Shown: piece by piece, positions 52,600 through 64,000 of the stretch | How positions within the stretch are numbered: position 1 is the first letter of the stretch | Layout of the letters: each line of letters begins with the position of its first letter | From: Eledone cirrhosa | Taxonomy: Eukaryota | Length of the DNA stretch: 64,000 nt | Reading direction: 5' to 3' | NCBI GenBank assembly: GCA_964016885.1 | Contig: OZ024748.1 | Location: forward strand, 52,266,001 to 52,330,000 | The notes under the pieces: model-generated | The model's database searches: none | What the model saw: the letters and a program-made list of their open reading frames with translations, nothing else | What the model was told of the DNA's origin: nothing | Position numbers and translations under genes: made by a program

Positions 52600-53190
52600 A
52601 TATATATGTGTGTGTGCATATAGACATTTCAATCAACAAGATCCCAGATTTCATTCATTTGCCAAGTGGGGTGGACCTCGTCAAATCAGACCAAGGAGAC
52701 AATGTTTCCATTGGTCTTTCCAGTTCTGATTGTATCTGCTGGTCCCAACTCCTGGCAGAAGTGTGTGTATATATATTTGTGTGTGTGTGTGTGTCTGAGT
52801 TATACATTAATAATGGTTAACAAATTAAGAACTTGTTCATAGTCATTAGTTTAAAATTGGTCTGAATAATTAGCATTTCACACATCATTTAATGATCACT
52901 TGTTCTATGTTAGTGGTTGGTCATCTCTTTCACAATTGTCACTTTCATAGTGGTCATTTGTATAGAAACTATATTTATAACTGCAAGTTTCTCACACCTG
53001 ATTTACACTCCTCATTATTTCTGCAGTGGTCATATGTAATGTGGGTCAACAAATCCATATGTTATCCTGTCTGAATTAAATCAATCAGTTTAGAGCCTGG
53101 CAGGTTTTTCTTCAAACAATGTTTACACACAACATCGCAGTAGTTTATACAAAATCTCATTCAATTATTCTTGATGAATTGTAAATATAC

Positions 53191-53342
53191 TTCTGTAATG
53201 AATTGTCTACGGTATGGTGTGGTATGGTCTTGTAACTCTTGATTGAGTTGTAGGGGTATTGTAATAGTATACAGTGTTTCTTGGGCATTTTGAAGCCTAG
53301 CAGAGCCTATCACCTCACAGGCCTGAACCCAACAGATTTCTA
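53191..53342 (-). CDS. Possible exon (xEICWVQACEVIGSARLQNAQETLYTITIPLQLNQELQDHTTPYRRQFITE)
   Basis: Strong acceptor ttttctaccttttgctag|, 152 nt open, weak donor gaa|gtatat; non-repetitive. Confidence 0.3.
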
Positions 53343-53686
53343 CTAGCAAAAGGTAGAAAACAATAGAGCAGAATTAAAAAAAGTGATAAAGAGAAATAAT
53401 TGACCTCAGTATTTGATTGGTACTTTTTCATCGATCTTGAATGGATAAAAGACAAAGATGACTATGTGATGAATGGAGAGATGCTGTGCGGAATAGAACC
53501 CATCCCACCCTTGCAAGAAAGGAAAAGCGGATATAAAATGATGATGATGATCATCATCATCATATATATATATATGTAGAGACAGAGACAGAGAGAGCAT
53601 ATCTAGCTAGCCTTTTTATTTATACAAAATAAGCATTTGTATCTGTGTGTGTGTGTGTATGTGTGTATATATATATATATATATAT

Positions 53687-54027
53687 GGAGGCACATAGTT
53701 TAGTGGTTAGAGCATTAGCCTTGCAATCGAAAGATTGTGAGTTCAATTCTCAGACCAGGTGATGTGTTGTTTCCTTGAGCAAGACACTTTATTTCACATT
53801 GCTCCAGTTTACTCAGCTGTAGAAATGAGATAATATGGACTGGGGTCCCTATTATTCCACTGTAAAGTGGTCGTGGAGGTGCCACGGCAAAAAAGCACCC
53901 AGCACTCACTGTATGAGGTTGGTGTTAGGAAGGGCATCTAGCTGTAGAAATCAAGCCAGAATCAATTCCCGTCCCACCCTTGCAAGCACGGAAAAAGCAG
54001 ACGTAAAATGAAATGATGATGATGATG

Positions 54028-54029
<2 letters not shown>
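53687..54029 (+). mobile_element. SINE family F, full length
   Basis: tRNA head ggaggcac..tagtggttag / gagttcaattc, CORE-like block, RTE tail; starts directly after (TA)n. Confidence 0.9.
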
Positions 54030-54098
<69 letters not shown>

Positions 54099-54429
54099 TT
54101 ATGTATTGTGAGGGAAAGGGGTGAGAAAGCATTAAGCAACACACCATAGACTGTAAAAGTTAATTCTACATCATGTAATCTTTAGCATACTTTAATCTAA
54201 CAATAGAAGGATTGGTTCTAACCCTAAAATTATTGTAGAACATAAATAGAAATACTTTCTTAAATATAGACATGGGTGGATGTAAATTATACACACACAC
54301 ACACACATACACACACATATATATATATGTATATACATATAAACAGCTGACACACCAACATCTTTGTCGACTTCAATTTATTCCAAAATGTACCATCTAT
54401 TCTGCATTGTCATAGCCTTCAAATAACAT

Positions 54430-54481
<52 letters not shown>

Positions 54482-54486
54482 ATGAG

Positions 54487-54524
<38 letters not shown>

Positions 54525-54693
54525 TTCGTTTAACGTCCATTTTCCATGCTAGCATGGGTTAGACAGGAGTTGTTCCACTTGAGGCAAAGTTGGTCGGGTG
54601 GCCGTGTCTCGCTCATATAGGACTATCTGGCAGGTTTTCTATGGTGGGTTCACATGCATTAGGATGTGTGTTTTCCTGCCAGCGACATATCAA

Positions 54694-54806
54694 ATATATC
54701 GATTTTCATCTGAGGAAACCGTTCTCATAATCAACAGCAAATGCATGAAGGACATCTCGATTGCATGGAGAACCGTAGAAATAATTATTATGTTTAAACG
54801 ATATAT
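54694..54806 (+). ncRNA. Minimal type-I hammerhead motif in a PLE-like fragment
   Basis: atatatcg..cat CTGAGGA aaccgttctc..gagaaccgta GAAA TAATTA TT atg..cgatatat; palindromic stem III, extended stem I. Confidence 0.7.
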
Positions 54807-54849
54807 GTAACCTCAGCATCTTAATTTGTTATTTTTATATATATATATA

Positions 54850-55368
54850 TCATCATCATCATCATCACCATTTTACGTCCGTTCTTCCACGCTAGCATGG
54901 GTTAGACGGGTTGTCCTGTTGTGGGCAGTGTCTGATCGGCTGACCATGCCTTGCTCATACTGGAACTGATTTGGCTTGATTTCTACAGCTGGATGCCCTT
55001 CCTAACACCAACCTCATTTACAGTGAGTGCTGGGTGCTCTTTTGACGTGGCACCTCCACGACCACCTTGCAGTGGGGGGTGTGGGGGCATACTGTCTATA
55101 TGCTTCAGCTTGTACCCATGGGAGGTCGGGTACTCTGTATTACTGCGTGATGCCAGAAGTTACGGTCGTGTGTCATTGCCTTTGAGAGGTATAATTGGGT
55201 AAGGTTGGCTTTTATCACCTCATCCCAGGTCTTCTTGGGTTTCCCCACTCCGCGGTTTCCATCAACTTCTAGTGCTCTGCACCTTTTTATGCAGCTGTCA
55301 TCCTTCATACGCATTACATGTCCATACCAGCACAACCGCCTCTCCTGCACACAGCATTTGATTCCTCT
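54850..55368 (-). mobile_element. RTE LINE family E-related 3' end
   Basis: RGIKCCVQERRLCWYGHVMRM..GVGKPKKTW..DRNFW; 3' UTR and (GAT)n tail. Confidence 0.85.
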
Positions 55369-55604
55369 TATATATATATATATATATTCATGCAAAACGC
55401 GTTATTTTACATTGCTCCAGTTCACTCAGCTGTAGAAATGAGTTGCGACATCACTAGTGCCAAACAGTATCGGCCTTTTCCTCTCCCACGGACCACATCA
55501 GTAGTGTAGAGAGGGAAAGCTAGTGTGAATGGGCAAGTGACGGTCTTTCACAAACAACCTTGCCCAGACTTGTGCCTCGGAGGGGAAATTTTTAGGTTCA
55601 AATC

Positions 55605-55862
55605 TGTTGTGCGAGAGTACAACACACACCCCTGGCGAGAATGGGCTGGACCACTACATATAAATAGTAGTGGCCTGAGTAAGTGGTGAAGTTGGTACTA
55701 GTTCCATAGTTCATGTGTTGATAGTTGAAGTTGGAGTTCAAGTTCACAGTTTTAGTTAGTTTGTTGGATTGTTGTTCCGTTACGTGTGGTAATTGCCATT
55801 TGTTTTGATTATATTGTTATAACACTGTTGCAGTGTATTTGTTTATCCATAAGGACATAACA
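55605..55862 (+). mobile_element. Solo LTR (258 bp)
   Basis: TGTTGTG...CATAACA termini, 5-bp TSD aaatc (55600-04, 55863-67), TATAAATA at 55659; interrupts a SINE. Confidence 0.85.
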
Positions 55863-56379
55863 AAATCCCATGACCATTTGTGATGGGTGTACGTAAATTT
55901 AACCAAACAGAATGTAAATCACAAATACAGTTTAGTCACATGGTTTATATAAAAGAATATTTTCTATTTTACTATTAATTCAGGAAAAAACAGTAGTGAA
56001 CTAAAATAAGAGGAAAATGGGGGGAAAAAATGCTGCAACCAAAGTATTTGGGTCTAAATGTCTAAATCTTTGAGAGAGGGAGATGGGAGTGGATTCATTA
56101 AAAAAATTGCCTCTACTCCTAGTTTATCTAAATCAATTACTTAAAAAAGAAACCTTTTGTTCTTGACTCAAACATAACAATTACTAATGAATTTAGTTTC
56201 ACTGGTGCTCCACCTCTTTCAATAGGACTGGCATATTAGAGGCTAAAAGTGACAACCTCTCTCACCTCCACCTCACCTGCTGCTCTTTATCTCTTTCAAC
56301 TATGAAGTTGATTAAACCAAACAACCACTGCCAAAGAATGCAACAGCAATGTGAAAGGTGCAGTAGGAAATGGTAAAGT

Positions 56380-56596
56380 ATGGTGTTGTGTTGTGTAAGT
56401 GAGGTGTGGTTTGGTATGGAGTCTAGCAGAGTAGTGTATAGTGTGGTATGGTGTAGTGTGGTGTGGTGGAGTGTGGTGTGGTGGAGTGTGGTGTGGTAGT
56501 GTGTACTGTGCTATGGTATAGTATGGTGTGGTGTGGTTTAGTGTGGTGTTGTGTAGAGTGCTACAGTATGATATGGCGTATGTGGTGTGGTGTGGA
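56380..56596. repeat. Degenerate (GTGTG)n pentanucleotide repeat
   Basis: Direct reading. Confidence 0.85.
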
Positions 56597-57820
56597 ATTG
56601 CATGGCAGACAGGAATTATTTTATAAAAGAGTGATTATATTCAAAAGGGTAAAAACTTTATTTAGTCTTAGATATTTCAGAGTTAACATTAACAAAATTA
56701 TTATCTTTCCTTTCTTTTTGTGGCAGAAAATAAATAAATGAAAATAAAAAAATAAATAAAAATAAAAATAGATAAAATAAAAAAAATAGATAAAAATAAA
56801 AATAGATAAAAATAAAAAAAATATATAAAAATAAAATATAAACAAAAATTAAAAATAAAAAAAAATTAAAATTAGAAATTAAAAAAAACGACGACAACAA
56901 CATTGTTAAAAAGCCAAGTAGAAATGAAAGTGAAAATGAGAAGAAAGGAAAGGTAGAGAGGAATGAAAGAAAAGATGAAAGAGTAATTTTTGTTACTGAT
57001 GCTATTGTTTTTCTATATTTGTTATTCTTGTTATTTTGTTGTTAAATATTTTCTTTATCTTTTGCTAATACAAATTGGTTCTTAATTTTCTCCATCTGTA
57101 TAATAACCATAATTCCAAGTCAACACTGATAAAGAAGATCCTTTTTAATCTTCAAAATACCTTGTTACACAAATTTTCATTTCTTCATATCCTTCATATA
57201 TATTTTTTCTTTTTTTTTAGTTTTTATATATCTAATGATGAATTTTTTTTTTTTTTGATTTTATATCTAATCATATTTTTTACTCTATTTATCTATTATC
57301 ATCATATTTTAGGTTTTTAGGCAAGGAGTAGGGAGAGGATGAAAAAGAAGAGGTAGAGGAGGATGAACAGGGAGAGGAGGAAGAGGAAGAAGCGAAGGAG
57401 GAGGAAGTTACTAAACGAAAGAGCGAATAATTAGAGAAGCAAATGAATAAATTGAAAAAATATATAAAACATCTGAGTTCTTTTATTATTCTTTTTCCTC
57501 CTTCCCTTAATCAGAAAATCATTTTTCATATTTTTTTTTCCAAAGTAGATGTGTGTGTATACATACATATATATATTTATAAATACATATATATATATAT
57601 GTATATATGAAAATATATATGTATATATAAATATATATATATATATATGAAAATATATATATATATATATATGAATATAAATATATATATATAAATATAT
57701 GTATGTATATATGAATATATATATGTATATATATGAATATATATACGTCTAACCCATGTTAGCATGGAAGATGGACGTTAAACGAAGATGATGATGATGA
57801 TGATATATGAATATATATGT

Positions 57821-57867
<47 letters not shown>

Positions 57868-57871
57868 ACAC

Positions 57872-57903
<32 letters not shown>

Positions 57904-57935
57904 ACATATATATATATATTTATATATATATATAC

Positions 57936-58013
<78 letters not shown>

Positions 58014-58310
58014 TATATATATGTGTGTATGTATCTATGTATGTGTGTATATATATATGTGTATGTATATAAATGAGTGTTGTGGGGGTAGGAAAAGATA
58101 TTTTTTTTATATTGTAATTGTAAGTTTAACATTGATGAATTCATTAGCCATCTCTGGCCAAGTGCCATCCAAGCAGGCAATTAGTGGCACTATGTTGGTT
58201 AACTCCAATTACCTACTGAATTAAGCAGGTTACCAGAGCAACATATAATGATGATGCTCTTACACATACACACTTAACTATGTATCTACTTACACACACA
58301 CACATACATT

Positions 58311-58371
<61 letters not shown>

Positions 58372-58373
<2 letters not shown>

Positions 58374-58712
58374 AGGCACATGGCTTAGTGGTTAGAGTAT
58401 TGGCCTTGCAATCGAAAGGTTGTGAGTTCAATTCTCAGACCAGGTGATGTGTTGTTTCCTTGAGCAAGACAATTATTTCACATTGCTCCAGTTTACTCAG
58501 CTGTAGAAATGAGATGAAAGGGACTGGGGTCCCTATCATTCCACTGCAAAGTGGTCGTGGAGGTGCCACGGCAAAAAAGCACCCAGCACTCACTGTAAAT
58601 GAGGTTGGTGTTAGGAAGGGCATCCAGCTGTAGAAATCAAGCCAGAATCAGTTCCCGTCCCACCCTTGCAAGCAGGGAAAAAGCGGACGTAAAATGATGA
58701 TGATGATGATGA
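58372..58712 (+). mobile_element. SINE family F, full length, best-preserved copy
   Basis: A box tggcttagtggttag, B box gagttcaattc, CORE-like block, hairpin, 48-bp module, RTE tail; embedded in (TA)n. Confidence 0.9.
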
Positions 58713-58989
58713 TATATATATATATATGTGTGTGTGTATATATATATGTATATATGTATTTATATATATGTGTGTGTGTATATATATATGTATATATGTA
58801 TTTATATATATGTGTGTGTGTATATATATATGTATATATATATGTGTCTGTATAGAGAGGGTGGTGAGGAGATTGAGATTTTCAGAATTGATTGAAGTGG
58901 TGGCAGTGGTGTTGTAGTAATGGCGCTGCATTAACTGTTGCTCTTTTTATGGCTGCGGCTGCTGCTACTACTACTATTGCTGTTGTTGT

Positions 58990-59033
<44 letters not shown>

Positions 59034-59036
59034 ATG

Positions 59037-59433
59037 TTTTCTTTATATTTATTTTAACCACAAAAGGTTTACATAAAAATACCTTAAGAACAGCACAGGG
59101 TGGTACAATGTGGGTTTCTGCAGATAAAAATGAGTAAAAAACAAAAACAAAGGTTGTAACAAAAAAAATAGAAACAAAAGAAAATTCCCTAATAGGGGAC
59201 TTATGGGGGTTACTCATGGAGAAAGCCCACAATTGACACAGTCACCATGACCGCCAGGGTAAGTGCCTTCTCCCAGGTTCTGTCCCTCAATCTAAATGTA
59301 CGCACTCAGAGCAGGCCTATTTACTCAGGCCATTGTTACCTTTCAACAAATTCCTTTGAAGGCAGCACTTCCTTCTTCACTCTGATTTTCCTCTTCAAGT
59401 GAAATCTGAAGAAGTTAATCAGAAGGTTGCCAA
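59037..59433 (-). mobile_element. Tx1/L1-like LINE 3' end
   Basis: Similar to 26357-26740 and 29293-29682. Confidence 0.5.
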
Positions 59434-59439
59434 ATAATG

Positions 59440-59555
59440 AAAGATCAAACCAAGGGAAATGACGTTACCAACTATAGTCCTATCACTTGTCTGTCCTTGA
59501 TGTGGAAATTACTAGCAAACATTATGTCTGAAGAAATTTACCACAATCTTGATAT
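59440..59555 (+). mobile_element. R4/Dong-like reverse transcriptase fragment
   Basis: KDQTKGNDVTNYSPITCLSLMWKLLANIMSEEIYHNL (YRPI-type RT motif). Confidence 0.7.
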
Positions 59556-60559
59556 GGATGAAAAAAAAAAATCTCCATGGGTATGACACCAATCTATTAC
59601 AGGTACTATTCTCTGGAATATCTGAAATATATACCTAATAGTTACACCAACTGAGTTGTGCTGAATAATTATCAAGTGTTGTGATTGAGTATTTAGATAT
59701 AAACTGTATGGATTTATGGATAGTCTTTGATAATATCTCTTTGATATCTTACATGAAAAACAATGTTGTTCACGATCTTGTTTACAAGAGAGAGAGGAGT
59801 GAGAGAGAGAGAGGAGGAGGAGGAGAGAGTGTGAGTGAGAGAGAGAGAGAGAGAGAGAGTGAGTGAGAGAGAACGAGGGAAAGAGAGAGTGAATGAGAGA
59901 GAGAGAGAGGGATTTGTTCATTAATACACTTTTAAACTGTATGCAATTCTTTCTTCAAAAACATTGGAATGATTTTCTTGTCCAAATTTGAAACCTGAAG
60001 TCTGACAGACTCATGTCATTAAGCAACTGTACAACGGTTTTGAATGCACTGTAGGAGACATACCACAACCAATGGCAAACTGAGCAGACTGGAATAAACA
60101 AGTCATGGTGATCCATGCAATAAACATGCCAGGATGATGATGAAATCATATGTTAATGATGTGTGTATACTCTTTGTATGGTGAAAGTCTAGAAATATTG
60201 AATAAATGATGGAGTTAAGAACTTTGTTATGACAAGGTCTTATAAAAACATATGAAACAATTAAGTGAAAAAGTTAAAACTGGGGCATGAACATACCTTT
60301 AACACACTCACACACACACACACACACATATATGTATACATATATAGGTTTAGTTGTATAAATAGGAAAAAAATGGAGGAATGAAAGAAGCTAGATCAGT
60401 GATTCAAAAGCCCAGAGTTTGGTGCTTACAGCACTTAAAAAAACTAAAATGATTTGAAAATATTGTTTATATATGTGTTTATATATGGAAAATTAACAGA
60501 GAAAATTACGAAAATTGCATTATGTATGTATATGTGTGTGTATGAGTATGTGTGTGTAC

Positions 60560-60593
<34 letters not shown>

Positions 60594-61039
60594 ATTTATA
60601 TATATATAGAGAGAGAGAGAGATAGGGGGAGGAGGAGGGAGATAGAAAGAAAGATTTGTATATGTATTTAGATTTATGTATGTGTTTGTTTGAATTTGTA
60701 TTAACTAGTGAGTAAAGTTTTCAATATTTTTATCACCACGTGATATGTTTAATAAAAGCTTTCCAAGGTTTTCTAGATTGATTTTTCCATATATAAACAC
60801 TATAATATTTTAAAATCAATTCAGTATGATATACAGCTTAAGCAAAATACTCTAAACCCTTGAATCACTGATGTAACTTTAGAGCCATCATCAACATTAT
60901 CATGGTTTAACGTCAATTTTTCCATATTAGTATAGGTTAGATGAGTTGTCCAATTGAGAGACAAACCAGATCAGGTGACTGTGTTTTGCTCATACAAAAC
61001 TGATTTTGGCTTAGTTTCTACAGTTGGATACCCTTCCTA

Positions 61040-61133
<94 letters not shown>

Positions 61134-61304
61134 GTTATACTTATATATATAATATATATATATATAATTATAAATAAGATAAGGGTAATATTGTGTAATA
61201 CCCGATTACCAGTAAGAAAATTAATTCAATGTAAAATATCAGATATACTATAGAGCAGAAATATAACATAAATAACAATCAAATTTTTGTTTAATGTATT
61301 TAAT

Positions 61305-61351
61305 TGCTAAAGATCGTTTCTTCCAGACATTTGTCTGGAATCATCAGAGCA
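61305..61351 (-). ncRNA. Minimal hammerhead motif (left arm of ~150-bp IR)
   Basis: tgct CTGATGA ttccagac-aaat-gtctggaa GAAA cgatct TT agca. Confidence 0.75.
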
Positions 61352-61607
61352 TATACAATGTTAAAACAAATAAATTCCTAATCCTTAGAACATTCCTTAA
61401 GATACATTATATTTAAGAAGACTATTTATAATTGCTAGTGACAGTTACAATGTATTGAAGAGTAAGAGCAAAAGAACATTATAATGGAAAGATAGTAATA
61501 AAGTGTTATCAAGTATTATAAAGAGAAGCTGTTTTAAAACTATATGATATATGCAAGGAATATTACTTATAAAACATTATAGCAAGAATATTATACCGAG
61601 AATATAA

Positions 61608-61725
61608 ATAATTGTTTCTACTTTAGGGACAAGGCCAGCAATTATCCAGTTCATTACTGGTACTTTATTTTATCGACCCCGTAAGGATGAAAGGCAAAGT
61701 TAACCTCGGCGGGATTTGAACTCAA
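61608..61725 (-). mobile_element. SINE family C (truncated) inside the PLE-like IR
   Basis: Family C body and tail. Confidence 0.8.
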
Positions 61726-61947
61726 ATAATAGCAGAGAACAGGCAATAACGTAAGACAATTGTGTAGTGATAGTATACATATAGGTGTTATATATTACAA
61801 GCATTATAAGATATATTAGTTACAGGCAAAGATATTTATGCAATAAGTTTTATAAAGTTTATGCATAAAATGGTAATCTCTGTATAAAATAATGTATCTT
61901 AATGAATGTTCTAAGTATTTGGAATTTATTTGTTTTAACATTGTATA

Positions 61948-61994
61948 TGTTTTGATGAATCCAGACACGTGTCTGGAAGAAATGATCATCAGCA
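61948..61994 (+). ncRNA. Hammerhead motif (right arm of IR), core C>T
   Basis: tgtt tTGATGA atccagac-acgt-gtctggaa GAAA TGATCA TC agca. Confidence 0.65.
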
Positions 61995-62167
61995 ATTAAA
62001 TGCATTAAACAAAAATTTGATTGTTTTTATGTTGTATATAAATATATATATATATATAAATTTCTGAGACTCAGAGACAAGATGACAAAGGAATGCAGCA
62101 AATATAGGGATGTTGTGCCGAGAAGGACCCATCCAACCCATACATGTGTGGAAAAGCAGACATAAAA

Positions 62168-62328
62168 ATAATTGTTTCTACTTTAAGCACAAGGCCAGCA
62201 ATTACCCAGTGCATTACTGGTACTTTATTTCATCGACCCCGTAAGGATGAAAGGCAAAGTCAACCTCGGCGGGATTTGAACTCAGATCGTAAAGGGACGT
62301 AACTCTATGCTTCAAAGCATGGCGTCCG
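62168..62328 (-). mobile_element. SINE family C
   Basis: Near-consensus body and B box. Confidence 0.85.
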
Positions 62329-62534
62329 TAAAAATAATGATGATGATACTCACACACACACATATATATATATATCATCATAATCATCATTTTATGGCTG
62401 GAACTCGCTGTTGAAATGGTGGGAGGTCAGCTATCAGGTCCCAACTCTATAATAGAGCCATACTCTACTACCTGAAGTATCGAGTACTCTATTGAATAAT
62501 GGTCTAACTAGTTGAAACTGATTCTATACTGGTA

Positions 62535-62565
<31 letters not shown>

Positions 62566-62797
62566 GAAATAGGATTTTGCTTCAAGCAGAGCTTTATACA
62601 AATATGTATAGAAATTTTGTATTTCTAAAGACACACAGTTTTAGGAAGCCGTAGCTATGCAAACACCGGGGCTAACGCCCTCTGTTGGTATCCAGCAGAA
62701 GCAAGGGGGACAACTGTCAATGCCATTCAGGCTTAACTGGCCTACCTCAGGATGGTCTCTCCCACTGCTTGCAAATGCTGGGCTTGAGAACAGTCAA

Positions 62798-63283
<486 letters not shown>

Positions 63284-63504
63284 GGAGGCACATGGCTTAG
63301 TGGTTAGACTTGATATCGAAAGGTTGTGAGTTCAATTCTCAGACTGGGTGATGTGTTGTTTCCTTGAGCAAAACACTTTATTTCACATTGCTCCAGTTTA
63401 ATCACTGTAAATGAGGTTGGTGATAGGAAATCAAGCCAGAATCAATTCTCGCCCCACCTGTGCAAGCCGGGAAAAGCGGACGTAAAATGATGATGATGAT
63501 GATG
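63284..63504 (+). mobile_element. SINE family F with internal deletions
   Basis: tRNA head directly after (TA)n; short RTE tail. Confidence 0.85.
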
Positions 63505-63745
63505 GTAAAATTCCCAAGATCCATGGACAAGTTCTCTCCAGCGGTCTCCGTCCTTCATCATCACCGCCATGTCCTACATCTCCCAGAGACTAGCATTTCT
63601 CGTTAGGGCATCAATATATGTCTCCCTCTTCTAGTGTGTCCATGTAAGGGCTCCCACAGGAGCACTTAATGCAGTGTTAATTCTGAATGTTGGTGAGCAT
63701 GTCCAGCTAACCTCAGTCTCTTATATATCTTGTTGGGCCTCCATT
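63505..63745 (-). mobile_element. RTE LINE 3' fragment (same family as 13190)
   Basis: Reverse complement of 'gagaccgctggagagaact..ccatggatct.gggaattttacc'. Confidence 0.7.
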
Positions 63746-64000
63746 GGTTGATGATGACTGTTTGAACAATTGAAAATTTATGTAGAAATGGAGATTCCAC
63801 ATAGCCTCAGTATGAGATTAGGCTGGCCCTTGGAATTACAGGTATGACACATTCTTGCCAGCTGAGTGAACTGGACCAATGGGAAACAAAGCACTGGGTA
63901 CTTTGCTTTGTAGCATGAGTTATGTCCCTTTATGTCCTGAGTTCAATTCCCACTGAGGTTAGCTTTGCCTTTCACTCTGACAGGGTCGATAAAATAAAGG

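Noticed and set aside
58372-58445. tRNA gene
   Set aside because: A/B boxes belong to SINE heads and continue into SINE bodies; no complete cloverleaf
59996-60090. Minus-strand AG..GT open segment
   Set aside because: Weak donor and no recognisable homology
62471-62533. CTGAAGT...GAAA possible hammerhead
   Set aside because: Core mutated and stems poorly paired

Overview
AT-rich, repeat-saturated eukaryotic (metazoan) DNA, essentially all intronic or intergenic. The SINE/LINE repertoire and microsatellite load suggest an octopus/cephalopod genome (inference). Almost all ORFs in the supplied track are microsatellite artefacts. Supported content: tRNA-headed SINE families; decayed RTE, R4/Dong-like and Tx1-like LINE fragments; seven copies of a ~215-bp TTAA-flanked piggyBac-type MITE; a non-autonomous Helitron; a 258-bp solo LTR with a 5-bp TSD; 46-bp and 48-bp minisatellites. 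The most notable signal is about 11 minimal type-I hammerhead ribozyme motifs (CUGANGA-stem II-GAAA-short palindrome-UH). They belong to roughly 7 sequence families and sit in short, mostly (TA)n-embedded Penelope-like (PLE) remnants, several arranged as fold-back inverted repeats, including a perfect 156-bp palindrome. Three phase-compatible small + strand exons (10058-14504) may belong to a host gene with weak resemblance to an ionotropic glutamate receptor N-terminal domain. Two possible minus-strand exons (50599-53342) are weaker. All calls were made by eye; no database searches were run.
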